A DNA stretch of 64,000 nt, from the UHGV virus genome UHGV-0332176. The stretch is one strand, 5' to 3'. The position numbers and the translations under genes were made by a program. How positions within the stretch are numbered: the stretch's first letter is position 1; each line of letters starts with the position of its first letter. The notes under the pieces are model-generated. The model had not been told where the DNA came from and did no database searches. It saw nothing but the letters and a program-made list of their open reading frames with translations. Below are positions 38,873-48,793 of this stretch, piece after piece. The DNA comes from a virus.

Positions 38873-39160
38873 TTAATTTGTTTTATAACGACAAGAACCA
38901 ACTTCATAACCTTTTTCTTTTAAAAGATTATTAAAATTCCATTGATTTGTACCACCAGTATAATCTTTACGATGTTCAGCAGTCCGATACATAATAAACA
39001 TTGAATGATTTAATGGACAACTTCTAACATCAGCAGTAGAAATATAATACAATTGTCCATTCCAATTAAAAAAACCAGAACAATAGTAATAATTGGCGTG
39101 CAATTCAATATCTGTTCCACCAAGAATCTCAATTGCTTTTTTTAAAGATACTTTTTTCAT
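38873..39160 (-). CDS. hypothetical protein
   Basis: ORF track. Confidence 0.35.
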   Translation of the reverse strand: MKKVSLKKAIEILGGTDIELHANYYYCSGFFNWNGQLYYISTADVRSCPLNHSMFIMYRTAEHRKDYTGGTNQWNFNNLLKEKGYEVGSCRYKTN

Positions 39161-39283
39161 TGTTATAATCTTTCATTATTTGTTATTGATAAAGTTAATA
39201 TAACATAGAAGAATTATTTGTCAATAGAAAAAAATAAAAAATCCAAGAATTTTTCTTGGATTTTTATAAAATATATTAATTTT

Positions 39284-39583
39284 TTATTTTGTTGGCTTAA
39301 CTTTTGCATATGAAATAATTCTAAATGGATTTTTAAGATACCAATCACGATTAAATTTATGTTTAATAGCGTGATAAAATTTTCCTTTTGATGGTGATTT
39401 AATCCATTCAAGATAATCGTGTCTTGTTAAACCTCTAACGATATATGTTTTTGGATTTTTTTTAACTTTGAAGGTAATTATTTCTTCACCAGGAAAATAA
39501 CGATTTCTACGTCCATAATAAGATACATCTTGTAACCAAGATGAATTAACTAATTTTTCTTGTAATAATGTACTTATTTTCAT
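39284..39583 (-). CDS. hypothetical basic protein
   Basis: ORF track. Confidence 0.35.
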   Translation of the reverse strand: MKISTLLQEKLVNSSWLQDVSYYGRRNRYFPGEEIITFKVKKNPKTYIVRGLTRHDYLEWIKSPSKGKFYHAIKHKFNRDWYLKNPFRIISYAKVKPTK

Positions 39584-39595
39584 AAAAATCCTTAA

Positions 39596-42500
39596 TTATT
39601 CAATAATAATATTATTTTTTCCACGTAAATAATCAATAGTTATCAAAATTGTTCCTGCTGTTGAAACTTGAATAACAGGTAAAGAACCTGCGTCATTTCC
39701 AACAGGAATAAATTTTGTAATTAACTGCATATTTTCATCTAACAATTCCAAATATAATGTATAATCTGAAAAATTATATTCTAATGTATAATCAGAATCA
39801 TCATCAATAATTTCAAAAGTTGTTGGGTCAACTTTCTGTAAATCTCTTTCAAAATTAAATACATATTCAAAACCTGTTTCAGGAATTACCATCCAATATG
39901 AAGGATTAAATAATTCGTGAGCATCATTTGAAGTATGTGCTTGTTTACATTGATAATATCTATCTTGATAAGCAACTTTATCATCAACTTGATATTGAGT
40001 TGCTGTTACCCAATTTTGATAATAACTTGAATTAATATCACGTTTAGTAACGTCTAATATATTTCTATTAAATAATAGGCGAGCTGAATCTTCATTATTA
40101 CTTGCTACAATAGAAATATATTTAATATCTTTTAAATCAACCGTTAAACCAGTATCTGAATCTTTACCTTGTTTATAAACATCTTCCCACATAGAAATTT
40201 TACCAGTACGTCCTGCATCTTCATCAAATGATGTTGATGAAGTATGTGCTTGACTACACATATAATAATATGTTGATGTTACTCCATCATATTCTTCATC
40301 GTGTTTTATAATATCACCAACTGCATAATATAAATTTGGTTCCCAAGTTAAAGTATTTTCATTAATTTTATTAACTATTGAATAAAATGGTCGTCTAATA
40401 TTAAATGATAATTGTTTTAAATTTACGAAATCTCCATAAATTCCTTTATCAAAAAAGATAATAGGGATTCTTGTTTTCATAATTGTTTGAATAGCTTGAT
40501 AATCAATACCAACACGATTTTCTGTTGATGCTAATTTATTAACATATTCAACGTTTGGAATAGCATCATTATCTGAAGCAATTCTTTCGGCATATGATAA
40601 ATTAGTGTGTGTAGAATCATCAATAACTAAATAATTATCACGAGTTGTTTGAAATGTGATTTTTTGACCACTTTCATAGCTACGAATAACATTACCATTT
40701 AAGTCCAGAGCTTTATTTAATAAAACAGATGGAGTATAATAATTTACTAATTGCCAATATTCAGCATTATTTGTGGTAATATCAGTTGATGAAGTGTGTT
40801 CTTTTAAACAAATATAAATATTATAACCAATTTCAAAAGGTATTTGAACATAATCATTAACATTATATGTTACACCAACTTCCCAAGTTGAATAAGATGC
40901 ATTATTTCCACCAAGTTCTAAATGTCCATAAAAACCAGAACCTAATTCAACATCTCCTGTTAAATTTGTACCACTTATTGTAACTTTATTATTATTAGAA
41001 GCATCTCCTTGTTCAATTGTAATACCATTAGTTAATGGACGAACAACTTCTTTTCCATCAATAATTTCAGTATTATATAATCCTTTAACTAAATCATCCC
41101 CATTTGGAGTAGCTAAATAATCTAAAAATACCCATTTTGGTTGATAAAAATCAAATTGATAGATTCTTTTGGAACTCATTTCAGGGTCTAATGTGTCAAT
41201 ATTATTTAATGTTGAATTATTTGTAAAACGAGTAGCAATTGTATTACTTTCTGTAACGTTTTTATCAAATAAAGAATTAATAAATGTTAAATATTCAGTT
41301 CTTTCGCTTAAAGTAATAATAGATTTTCCTAATGAACAATTACTAAATCTATTTCCAATAAATGAACCATTTGAAGTTTTATTATTTTCATTATAAGAAG
41401 TTATATTAATTGCTTGATTTGTAATATCTTTAAATAAGCAATTATTAAATAAAAACCAACTTAAATTATTTGAAATATTTACACCATTTCTAGCATTTTC
41501 AAAAATGCAATTAAAGAAATGTACATAAGAAGAATCTTGTAAACCTTGTGATTTAAAAATATTAACTAATGTTGAACCATTACCATTTTGTATATCAGAA
41601 TAACCAATGAATTTAACATTTCTAAACCAAACATCATATGTTGAACCTAACAATAAAACAGTTTCTAATGTACTTTCAGACACATCAAAAGTCATATCTT
41701 CAACAATAATATTGTGTGCAATTTCTCCATTAACACCATATTTGTTTGTTGATGATAAATCACTTAAAACATAATTACTATCTAATGTTGTTAATAAAAC
41801 ATTCAAACCATTTTCATAACTATTTGTTTTAATAATAGTTCTATCAATTCCTTCACCTTTTAAATGAATACCAGTTGGTAATGCTAATGGTTTAGAATTA
41901 ATAATATATTCACCAGCAGGAACTAACATTGTTTTGAAGCAATCAGGTTTATTATCTGCACAATAAACAGTTAATATAGCATTATAAAAAGCATCTGAAT
42001 CATCAGTTGTTCCATCGCCCAATACACCAAAATTTTTAACTGAACAATAATCATCTAAAACTTCTTGAATTGTTCTATCAGAAGGTGGTGTAGCATTTTC
42101 TGTATAACTTGGTTCAGTTGTAATACCAATAATATCAAGAATTCCACCTTGTTCTTGACCTTCACCATTTTCTAAAACAAGTGTTTCTCCATTGCTAATA
42201 ATTTGAATTTTTCCACCTTCAACAACTTGTGCTTTAACACCTAAATTTAAAGAATTTATTTTATCACAAAATCCTTGAGCATCTGTTTCTTTATCAAATG
42301 TAATTGTTTGACCATTTATAACAATTGTTGTTCCAGCTGGAATAGATGGATACAATTTGGAACCTGTTACAATTATAGGTAATTTACTACCATTACCATT
42401 TGAATAAACATATTTAATCATATCCAAATTATCACTAAATTCAGTTAAAACCTGAATATTACCATATGGAAATGTATTAGATTGAATTCTTTCTTTTAAT

Positions 42501-42640
42501 TTTGGATTATTTGGATTACCAATAAACAAACTATTAGTATCAGTTGCTAAACCAAATTCACCTTCGTGTAAATCTGTTAATTCACTTTGATTACCACGTC
42601 TATGTTGTATTAATGCAATTTGTTTTGTATTTTTTGCCAT
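39596..42640 (-). CDS. tailspike / tail fibre with pectate-lyase-like beta-helix (depolymerase-type) domain and three C-terminal CBM5/12-like modules
   Basis: SVKNFGVLGDGTTDDSDAFYNAI (classic N-terminal motif of right-handed beta-helix tailspikes/polysaccharide lyases); the three W....Y..GD.V.......Y.C...HTS modules are detailed in the CBM5/12 finding. Confidence 0.7.
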   Translation of the reverse strand: MAKNTKQIALIQHRRGNQSELTDLHEGEFGLATDTNSLFIGNPNNPKLKERIQSNTFPYGNIQVLTEFSDNLDMIKYVYSNGNGSKLPIIVTGSKLYPSIPAGTTIVINGQTITFDKETDAQGFCDKINSLNLGVKAQVVEGGKIQIISNGETLVLENGEGQEQGGILDIIGITTEPSYTENATPPSDRTIQEVLDDYCSVKNFGVLGDGTTDDSDAFYNAILTVYCADNKPDCFKTMLVPAGEYIINSKPLALPTGIHLKGEGIDRTIIKTNSYENGLNVLLTTLDSNYVLSDLSSTNKYGVNGEIAHNIIVEDMTFDVSESTLETVLLLGSTYDVWFRNVKFIGYSDIQNGNGSTLVNIFKSQGLQDSSYVHFFNCIFENARNGVNISNNLSWFLFNNCLFKDITNQAINITSYNENNKTSNGSFIGNRFSNCSLGKSIITLSERTEYLTFINSLFDKNVTESNTIATRFTNNSTLNNIDTLDPEMSSKRIYQFDFYQPKWVFLDYLATPNGDDLVKGLYNTEIIDGKEVVRPLTNGITIEQGDASNNNKVTISGTNLTGDVELGSGFYGHLELGGNNASYSTWEVGVTYNVNDYVQIPFEIGYNIYICLKEHTSSTDITTNNAEYWQLVNYYTPSVLLNKALDLNGNVIRSYESGQKITFQTTRDNYLVIDDSTHTNLSYAERIASDNDAIPNVEYVNKLASTENRVGIDYQAIQTIMKTRIPIIFFDKGIYGDFVNLKQLSFNIRRPFYSIVNKINENTLTWEPNLYYAVGDIIKHDEEYDGVTSTYYYMCSQAHTSSTSFDEDAGRTGKISMWEDVYKQGKDSDTGLTVDLKDIKYISIVASNNEDSARLLFNRNILDVTKRDINSSYYQNWVTATQYQVDDKVAYQDRYYQCKQAHTSNDAHELFNPSYWMVIPETGFEYVFNFERDLQKVDPTTFEIIDDDSDYTLEYNFSDYTLYLELLDENMQLITKFIPVGNDAGSLPVIQVSTAGTILITIDYLRGKNNIIIE

Positions 42641-42742
42641 CTTAAATAAACCTTTAACATCATATATGATTATTTATTTAATAAATGTTTGAATAAACCT
42701 ATTGATTGCATTAGAAAAATTAAATCATTATTCTCTTTTTAT

Positions 42743-43339
42743 TTAAGTTAAATCAATCCCTAATTCTTTGGCTTTATTTAGTAATTGAACTCTATTATAA
42801 CATTTCATTCTTTTTAAAATATTTGTTATATGAACTTTAACAGTAGATTCTGAAATATTCAATTCATATGCTATCTGTTTATTAGATAAACCTTTATTGA
42901 TTAATTTAATAACATCAATCTGCTTATTTGTTACAATTTTCTTAAATGAATTAATTACTAAATTATTTGGAAAGTATGTTTCATTTAATAAAATCAAATT
43001 AATAATGTTAAAAATTTTATCATTGGAATACTTTTTAGAAATATATCCAGCAACATTATATCTCATATAATTAACTATATCAGTTGAAATATATTCTGAT
43101 GTTAAAATAATTAATTTACCATTTAAATTTTGTTTTTGAAAAAATGATAAAATAGTTAAAATATCAATTTTTGGAGTTTTTGTAATAAAAATCAAATCAT
43201 ATTGGTTAGATAGAATATTATTTTTGATATTATTATAATCACAGCAAGCATTAATTTCACAATTTTCATCAATATGTGTTAATAATTCTTTTAATCCTGT
43301 AATATACAGTTCTTCATCATCTATTATAAGTATTTTCAT
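42743..43339 (-). CDS. two-component response regulator, NarL/FixJ (LuxR-type HTH) family
   Basis: N-terminal receiver-like domain MKILIIDDEE...YDLIFIT...LTSEY...K; C-terminal LuxR HTH LSNKQIAYELNISESTVKVHITNILKRM. Confidence 0.65.
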   Translation of the reverse strand: MKILIIDDEELYITGLKELLTHIDENCEINACCDYNNIKNNILSNQYDLIFITKTPKIDILTILSFFQKQNLNGKLIILTSEYISTDIVNYMRYNVAGYISKKYSNDKIFNIINLILLNETYFPNNLVINSFKKIVTNKQIDVIKLINKGLSNKQIAYELNISESTVKVHITNILKRMKCYNRVQLLNKAKELGIDLT

Positions 43340-43574
43340 TTTTAACCTCTTTTCTGTTATGAAATTAACACAATAATTTAGAAGTTAATAATAATGCTTT
43401 TGGAAGTATAACATATAAGACTTAATAATTAGTTTCCAATATATAAAAAATTTTATAAAAAAATTATGTAGTAAAATCAATAAGTTAATTAATTAAAGTT
43501 ATATAAATGATAAAATATTAGACAATAAATATTTTTGTAAAAAGAGAGCATCACAATATTTTGAAAGGTTAAAA

Positions 43575-44036
43575 ATGAATACATCTTATGAAAAATTATC
43601 ATTTTATAATACATTTTTTGGTGGCTCAATTGATGGCGATAATATTATTTCTACCGATTTTTATGGGAATAAACAAGTCGTTGGTGTAACAATGAAAAAA
43701 TATCAAGATACATTAGATTTATTAAACACATATTATAATAAATTAATTGAACTTGGTATTATTGAAAAAGAAAAAACTCCTGAAGATATTGCAAAAGAAC
43801 AACAACAAATGATGCAAGCTATGTTTGCACAAATGCAAATGATGCAAGAAAAGTTAGATAGTTTACAATCAAAAAATAATGAAGAAATAATTATGAAAGG
43901 TGAAAATGATGAACGTGAATCAAATAGCGAATATGTTAGCACAGAAATTCAATCTGAATCCAAATCAGCAGACAAACTTAACCCAGTCAATAGAAAAAGC
44001 AAGAACACTTCTAAATTCAGTAAACAATCCGACTGA
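43575..44036 (+). CDS. hypothetical protein (Gln/Met-rich coiled-coil)
   Basis: ORF track. Confidence 0.35.
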   Translation: MNTSYEKLSFYNTFFGGSIDGDNIISTDFYGNKQVVGVTMKKYQDTLDLLNTYYNKLIELGIIEKEKTPEDIAKEQQQMMQAMFAQMQMMQEKLDSLQSKNNEEIIMKGENDERESNSEYVSTEIQSESKSADKLNPVNRKSKNTSKFSKQSD

Positions 44037-44301
44037 TGCATTATCAAAAGCTAATATTGACCAAGGATTTTTAGAAAAAATTAAAGGATACTTAAATAAT
44101 CCAATGTATAGTTTTTTATTACCTATGATTGGAATTGATAAAAAAGTTGCTTTACAAAAAATAGATTCATTAGAACAAATGTTAAATAATCAAACTAATA
44201 ATCCTATGACATTGCCTAATGAATCTCAACAATCATCACTCCCAATGAGTCAGAATGATGATTTAGAAAGATTTAGAAAAGGTCTAAATTCTTTCAAATA
44301 G
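43900..44301 (+). CDS. hypothetical protein
   Basis: ORF track; overlaps the upstream ORF in another frame. Confidence 0.3.
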   Translation: MKMMNVNQIANMLAQKFNLNPNQQTNLTQSIEKARTLLNSVNNPTDALSKANIDQGFLEKIKGYLNNPMYSFLLPMIGIDKKVALQKIDSLEQMLNNQTNNPMTLPNESQQSSLPMSQNDDLERFRKGLNSFK

Positions 44302-44353
44302 GACTCAATTATTATTATGTATATTATTCAAATATTATTAAAGGAGAATTATT

Positions 44354-44938
44354 ATGAATGAAATTATGTCAAATGATACAACATTTAGTTGGGGTTGGGT
44401 AATCTTCTTAATCTTAATTTTATGGTTCTTTGTTGGTGGTAATGGCTTTGGCTTTGGTTATGGAAACAGAGCAGGAAGTTTTTTAGCTGGTGATGTATTA
44501 GGTCAAATCCAAGGTCGTGATGCTTCATTAAGCTGTGGTGCTTCAAACTGTGAAGTTGAAAGACGTAGCTTAATTACTGCTGCTGATACAAACTTTAGAA
44601 TTATTGACCAAGCTCAACAAACTCGTAGTGTTGTAGAAGCTACAAGTGCAACAACAAATGCTAAAATTGATTTCTATGCTTACCAAGATTTAAGAGATAA
44701 ATTAGCTGAATCACAAAGAGAAAATATGATGTTACAAAACAAATTATATTCTGATGCTAAATTCGGTGCAATTGAAGCTCAATTAGCTTCTATCTCTTGC
44801 AAAATGGCTAAACAACCAGAAGTCTATGCAACAAGTGCTGTTTGTCCAAATGCTGCTGTTGTAAATGGTTTAGGTTTTAATGGCTTTACATATCCTGCTC
44901 CATATTCTTATGGTTGCAATGGTAATGTTTTAGCTTAA
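44354..44938 (+). CDS. hypothetical membrane-anchored protein
   Basis: RBS aaggag upstream; N-terminal TM WGWVIFLILILWFFVGG. Confidence 0.45.
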   Translation: MNEIMSNDTTFSWGWVIFLILILWFFVGGNGFGFGYGNRAGSFLAGDVLGQIQGRDASLSCGASNCEVERRSLITAADTNFRIIDQAQQTRSVVEATSATTNAKIDFYAYQDLRDKLAESQRENMMLQNKLYSDAKFGAIEAQLASISCKMAKQPEVYATSAVCPNAAVVNGLGFNGFTYPAPYSYGCNGNVLA

Positions 44939-44999
44939 TTTAAATAAACTTATCGGGTGATGAGTAACATCATCACCCTTGAATTAAAGGAGAATTATT

Positions 45000-45338
45000 A
45001 TGAATTGTTTTTGTGATATTTTACATATTAAAAGCACCTCTGTTGCATATAATGCTGCTACAGCAGATGCTCCATCAAACTTATTAATTACATTACCAAA
45101 TGTTACTTTAACAAACGGTCAAGTATTTACTTTGGATATTTGTCAATCAATACCTGAAATTCCAGCAAGTGATAATCCACAAGTAATGTTAGTAATTAAT
45201 TCATCACCATATCCTGTTTATTTACAAATGGGTAATTATGTGAGAGCAAATAGTTTAAAATGCCGTAGAAGATTAACAATGGTTTATGGAACAGACCCAC
45301 TTCATATGACTGTTTTATCACCTTGTTTAAAATATTAA
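45000..45338 (+). CDS. hypothetical protein
   Basis: RBS aaggag upstream. Confidence 0.4.
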   Translation: MNCFCDILHIKSTSVAYNAATADAPSNLLITLPNVTLTNGQVFTLDICQSIPEIPASDNPQVMLVINSSPYPVYLQMGNYVRANSLKCRRRLTMVYGTDPLHMTVLSPCLKY

Positions 45339-45406
45339 TTTAAAGGAATTAAGTTGTTGTATGCCTTTATTCATTTATTGAGTAAAGGCATCTAAAAGGA
45401 TTAAAA

Positions 45407-45781
45407 ATGAGTTGTAAATTTAATGTTAAAAATTGTATTACTTGTCCAAAATATAATGGTTGTTTATTACAAATTGTTTACACAAATACAATAAATTTAT
45501 TAGATATGATAAATGAATTATCAAGTAATCAACAAAAAATTGTACAATCATTAATTCATATTCAAAATTCTGTTTATCCGAAATCATTAGAAGATAGTAT
45601 TGAATTATTTTCAAATGTTGATGAAATTTCATCAAAGTTAGATATATTAACAAAAATGTTAGAAAATAATGAAGAAGATAAAAATGAAATGAATATTGAT
45701 TTAAGTCAAATACAAACAGCATTAGCAAATATAAAATTAAGAATTGATAATCTTTTAATTGAAAGGGATAAAAATGCTTAG
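45407..45781 (+). CDS. hypothetical protein
   Basis: ORF track. Confidence 0.4.
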   Translation: MSCKFNVKNCITCPKYNGCLLQIVYTNTINLLDMINELSSNQQKIVQSLIHIQNSVYPKSLEDSIELFSNVDEISSKLDILTKMLENNEEDKNEMNIDLSQIQTALANIKLRIDNLLIERDKNA

Positions 45782-45989
45782 ATTTATTGGAGATATGTTT
45801 ATTGGATGGATTTTATTTACAGATACTGGTAAAAAAACTATTAATTCATTAGTTAATAAAGCATATAAACACGTTCAATCTAATGTTTTAAAATCTACTC
45901 AATTAAAAGAACTTATATCATTAAAAGATATTTTTATAAAGGGAAATGATGATGTTGAATCTACCGCTAACAACGGAACAAAAAATTGA
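45759..45989 (+). CDS. hypothetical protein
   Basis: ORF track. Confidence 0.3.
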   Translation: MKGIKMLRFIGDMFIGWILFTDTGKKTINSLVNKAYKHVQSNVLKSTQLKELISLKDIFIKGNDDVESTANNGTKN

Positions 45990-46203
45990 TGAAATACATA
46001 ATGAAGTTGTTAAAAATGACAATATGCTTGATGCATTAAATTTTATTTCTATTGCATTAGGATTTTATAACTCATATTTAAATATTCAACAAATTGATAA
46101 TAATTCAATTATGGCAGAATTAAATAAGCAAGATAAAATATATTTTGAAAAAATAATTAAATTACTTGAAGAAATTAAAGGAGTTAAAAATGATGATGAG
46201 TAA
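45946..46203 (+). CDS. hypothetical protein
   Basis: ORF track. Confidence 0.3.
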   Translation: MMMLNLPLTTEQKIDEIHNEVVKNDNMLDALNFISIALGFYNSYLNIQQIDNNSIMAELNKQDKIYFEKIIKLLEEIKGVKNDDE

Positions 46204-46489
46204 TGGAATGATGCGTACTAATGTTCCTGAAATGTCAGAAGAAAAAACTGAAATTAAAGTTAAAGATGAAGATACAACACAAACTCAAATTTGTGAAAAC
46301 AATGTTGAAATCAAAAAAGAAAATTCATCTAATGAATGGATGGATATTATTAAACTTTATATTCCTATGATTACTTCTATGTATAATAGTAGTAATGAAT
46401 CTTTTGAAATTAAATGCATAAACGAAAAGTTGCACGAATTAGATAAGAGAATTGCAGTTTGTGAAGCATTAATACATTCAGGAAAATAA
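46166..46489 (+). CDS. hypothetical protein
   Basis: ORF track. Confidence 0.35.
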   Translation: MKKLKELKMMMSNGMMRTNVPEMSEEKTEIKVKDEDTTQTQICENNVEIKKENSSNEWMDIIKLYIPMITSMYNSSNESFEIKCINEKLHELDKRIAVCEALIHSGK

Positions 46490-46520
46490 AAGAAAGAGGG
46501 TTATAACCCTCTTTCTTTTA
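46490..46520. terminator. bidirectional rho-independent terminator (aagaaagaggg-ttataa-ccctctttctt)
   Basis: Perfect 11-bp stem flanked by A-run and T-run between convergent genes. Confidence 0.6.
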
Positions 46521-47756
46521 AAATTTATAATGTTGTGGATAAATGATATAAGGTGCAAGTTCATCTGCATATTTTTTTAATTTAGCATCTAAATCTTTAT
46601 CTTCAATAATTTTATCAAATTTTTCAATAGAAATATAATCAATACTTAATGCACCATCTATTTTTCCATCATTATAAATAGGAGCTAATAATATCCCTTT
46701 AACACCACGTGTATTAAAACGTTCAATTGTATTAGCACCAAATTTACTAATATCAGCAGCAATATTACCACTTTTAGCCATAATATTTGTAATATTTTTT
46801 TCGTGGTCATCATTTATCATTTGAACATTTTCAATTTCACTTGTTACACCAATAATTGTTGATTCATATACTGCGGAATGATAATGTTCTCCGTCTTTAC
46901 TAAAATATTTAGAAACCATTGCACGTGAACCATTAAATTCTCTTAATAAATTATCTAATTTTTCTTTTACAATCATTGTATGCGTTGGATGTGGTGGTTT
47001 TAATATTTTATGATAAGATTTACACATTGGTTGTCCATCAAACATTTCATCTTTTAAATCTCCATTGATAACACCAATTGTTTCACAAAGATTATTAAAA
47101 ATAATATTTAAATAACCATCAATTGTATTAAAAGCAAAATACATTTTAGTTGCAGGACTTGAGTCACACCCACGAGTAAACAAATTTTTTACCGAATTTG
47201 CAACTAATTTTTCAGTAATATCTGACAACATATAAAATTTATTTAAAAATTTTACAGGTATTCCTCTTTCTAAAAATTTTCGTTTTTGATTAATATTATT
47301 TTTTGTTAAACATTCCATTAAATAAGAACACGCAACATCACAGTCTAAATTATCAATATCAATTTCATCTATAAATGTTTTAAAAGATTCACGAGCATTT
47401 TCATATATAATATGAATTACTTCTTTTGCCATTTTTTCTTTATTTTCCATATAATCTTCGTCTTCTGGATGAAGATTATTTTTTAATTTAATTGCATCAA
47501 TTCCTGTATTTAACCAATAGTCTAAATTTCTAAAAATTGGGTGTTTTAATAAATCTTTCTTGGTATAACTTAAAGATGTTTTTTTAAAAGTTATTTTATT
47601 AATAATAGCCTTAAATAAGCCACATATTTGTTCTTTAAAATAAACTAAACTAAAAATGGTCAAAAATGCCCAAAAAGATGGACCTAAATCTTTAATATCA
47701 TTCCAAATTAAAAGCCAACCAGAATCATTGGCTAATGTTGGTAAATCTGTCATCAA
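46518..47756 (-). CDS. hypothetical protein
   Basis: ORF track. Confidence 0.4.
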   Translation of the reverse strand: MMTDLPTLANDSGWLLIWNDIKDLGPSFWAFLTIFSLVYFKEQICGLFKAIINKITFKKTSLSYTKKDLLKHPIFRNLDYWLNTGIDAIKLKNNLHPEDEDYMENKEKMAKEVIHIIYENARESFKTFIDEIDIDNLDCDVACSYLMECLTKNNINQKRKFLERGIPVKFLNKFYMLSDITEKLVANSVKNLFTRGCDSSPATKMYFAFNTIDGYLNIIFNNLCETIGVINGDLKDEMFDGQPMCKSYHKILKPPHPTHTMIVKEKLDNLLREFNGSRAMVSKYFSKDGEHYHSAVYESTIIGVTSEIENVQMINDDHEKNITNIMAKSGNIAADISKFGANTIERFNTRGVKGILLAPIYNDGKIDGALSIDYISIEKFDKIIEDKDLDAKLKKYADELAPYIIYPQHYKF

Positions 47757-47861
47757 ACTATCCTATAATTTCATATACTAAAAGTATTTATACAATATAT
47801 TTTTTTCTAATTTTTTAAAAATATAAATAATTTAAAGAAACATAAATTTTAAGGATATAAT

Positions 47862-48323
47862 ATGGAAAATCAAATTACAAAAAATTTTACTTTAGCTGAA
47901 TTAACATATTCTGATACAGCAAATATTAAAAAAATACCAAATATTCCAACAGAAATTGAATATAATAATATGAAAAATTTATGTGAAAATGTTTTACAAC
48001 CATTAAGAGATGCATTAAAAAAACCAATAAGAGTTAATTCTTGTTACCGTGGAAAACAATTAAATGAAGCCGTTGGTGGTTCTAAAACATCTCAACATTG
48101 TAAAGGTCAAGCTGCTGATATTGAAATTATTGGTATGAGTAATTATGATTTAGCTTGTTATATACGTGATAATTTTGATTTTGACCAATTAATTTTGGAA
48201 TTTACAGATAATATTAAAAACGATATTAATGCTGGTTGGGTTCACGTATCTTATGTATCACCAATAGCAAATCGTAAGCAATGTTTAACTATTAATAAAT
48301 CAGGAACAAAACTTGGTTTTTAA
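47862..48323 (+). CDS. peptidase M15 family (zinc D-Ala-D-Ala carboxypeptidase-like; endolysin or virion-associated lysin)
   Basis: SCYRGKQLNEAVGGSKTSQHCKGQAADIEI matches the Peptidase_M15 R...N..GG...S.H..G.A.D zinc-binding signature. Confidence 0.7.
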   Translation: MENQITKNFTLAELTYSDTANIKKIPNIPTEIEYNNMKNLCENVLQPLRDALKKPIRVNSCYRGKQLNEAVGGSKTSQHCKGQAADIEIIGMSNYDLACYIRDNFDFDQLILEFTDNIKNDINAGWVHVSYVSPIANRKQCLTINKSGTKLGF

Positions 48324-48706
48324 TAACCACATACATACCACATACAAGTATTTTGTCCATTGTTTCTCATACAACAAACTACAGAATTAGTTGTAAATTG
48401 TTGAAATGTATAACCATTAACATATGGGTCTTGACCAGTATGTCCAATTTCTGATTGGGTTATTGTATAATTAATTGTTGTATAAGGTTTTTTAAAATTA
48501 ATAGTTATATTTACATCATTACCAGTAACTCGTCCACCTTGCTCAATCCACCCATCTGACCACACACGATACCATTCAGTTCCTTCTGACCAGGTTTCAA
48601 TTATATATCTTCTATTTTCTAAATTAGTTAATCTTGTATTAATTTCATCTAATTTATTTAATAATTCATCAACACGTGAAATAGGTAATTTACTTGTATC
48701 TGTCAT
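48320..48706 (-). CDS. small fibre-associated protein (paralog of 6599..7003)
   Basis: Identical N-terminal 60 aa to 6599..7003; ends ...CMWYVCGY. Confidence 0.5.
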   Translation of the reverse strand: MTDTSKLPISRVDELLNKLDEINTRLTNLENRRYIIETWSEGTEWYRVWSDGWIEQGGRVTGNDVNITINFKKPYTTINYTITQSEIGHTGQDPYVNGYTFQQFTTNSVVCCMRNNGQNTCMWYVCGY

Positions 48707-48718
48707 ATTTTATCCTTT

Positions 48719-48741
48719 ATTTCTATTTAATAAATAGAAAT
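48719..48741. promoter_or_regulatory. palindromic element atttctatttaataaatagaaat upstream of 48320..48706
   Basis: Same inverted repeat as at 6564..6586 (reverse complement). Confidence 0.45.
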
Positions 48742-48744
48742 AAA

Positions 48745-48780
48745 CAATTAAAAACCGCCTTTAATAGGCGGTTTTTATAA
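48745..48780 (-). terminator. rho-independent terminator after groEL (aaaccgcctattaaaggcggttttt on minus strand)
   Basis: GC stem plus T-run. Confidence 0.55.
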
Positions 48781-48793
48781 ATAATTAAGTATT

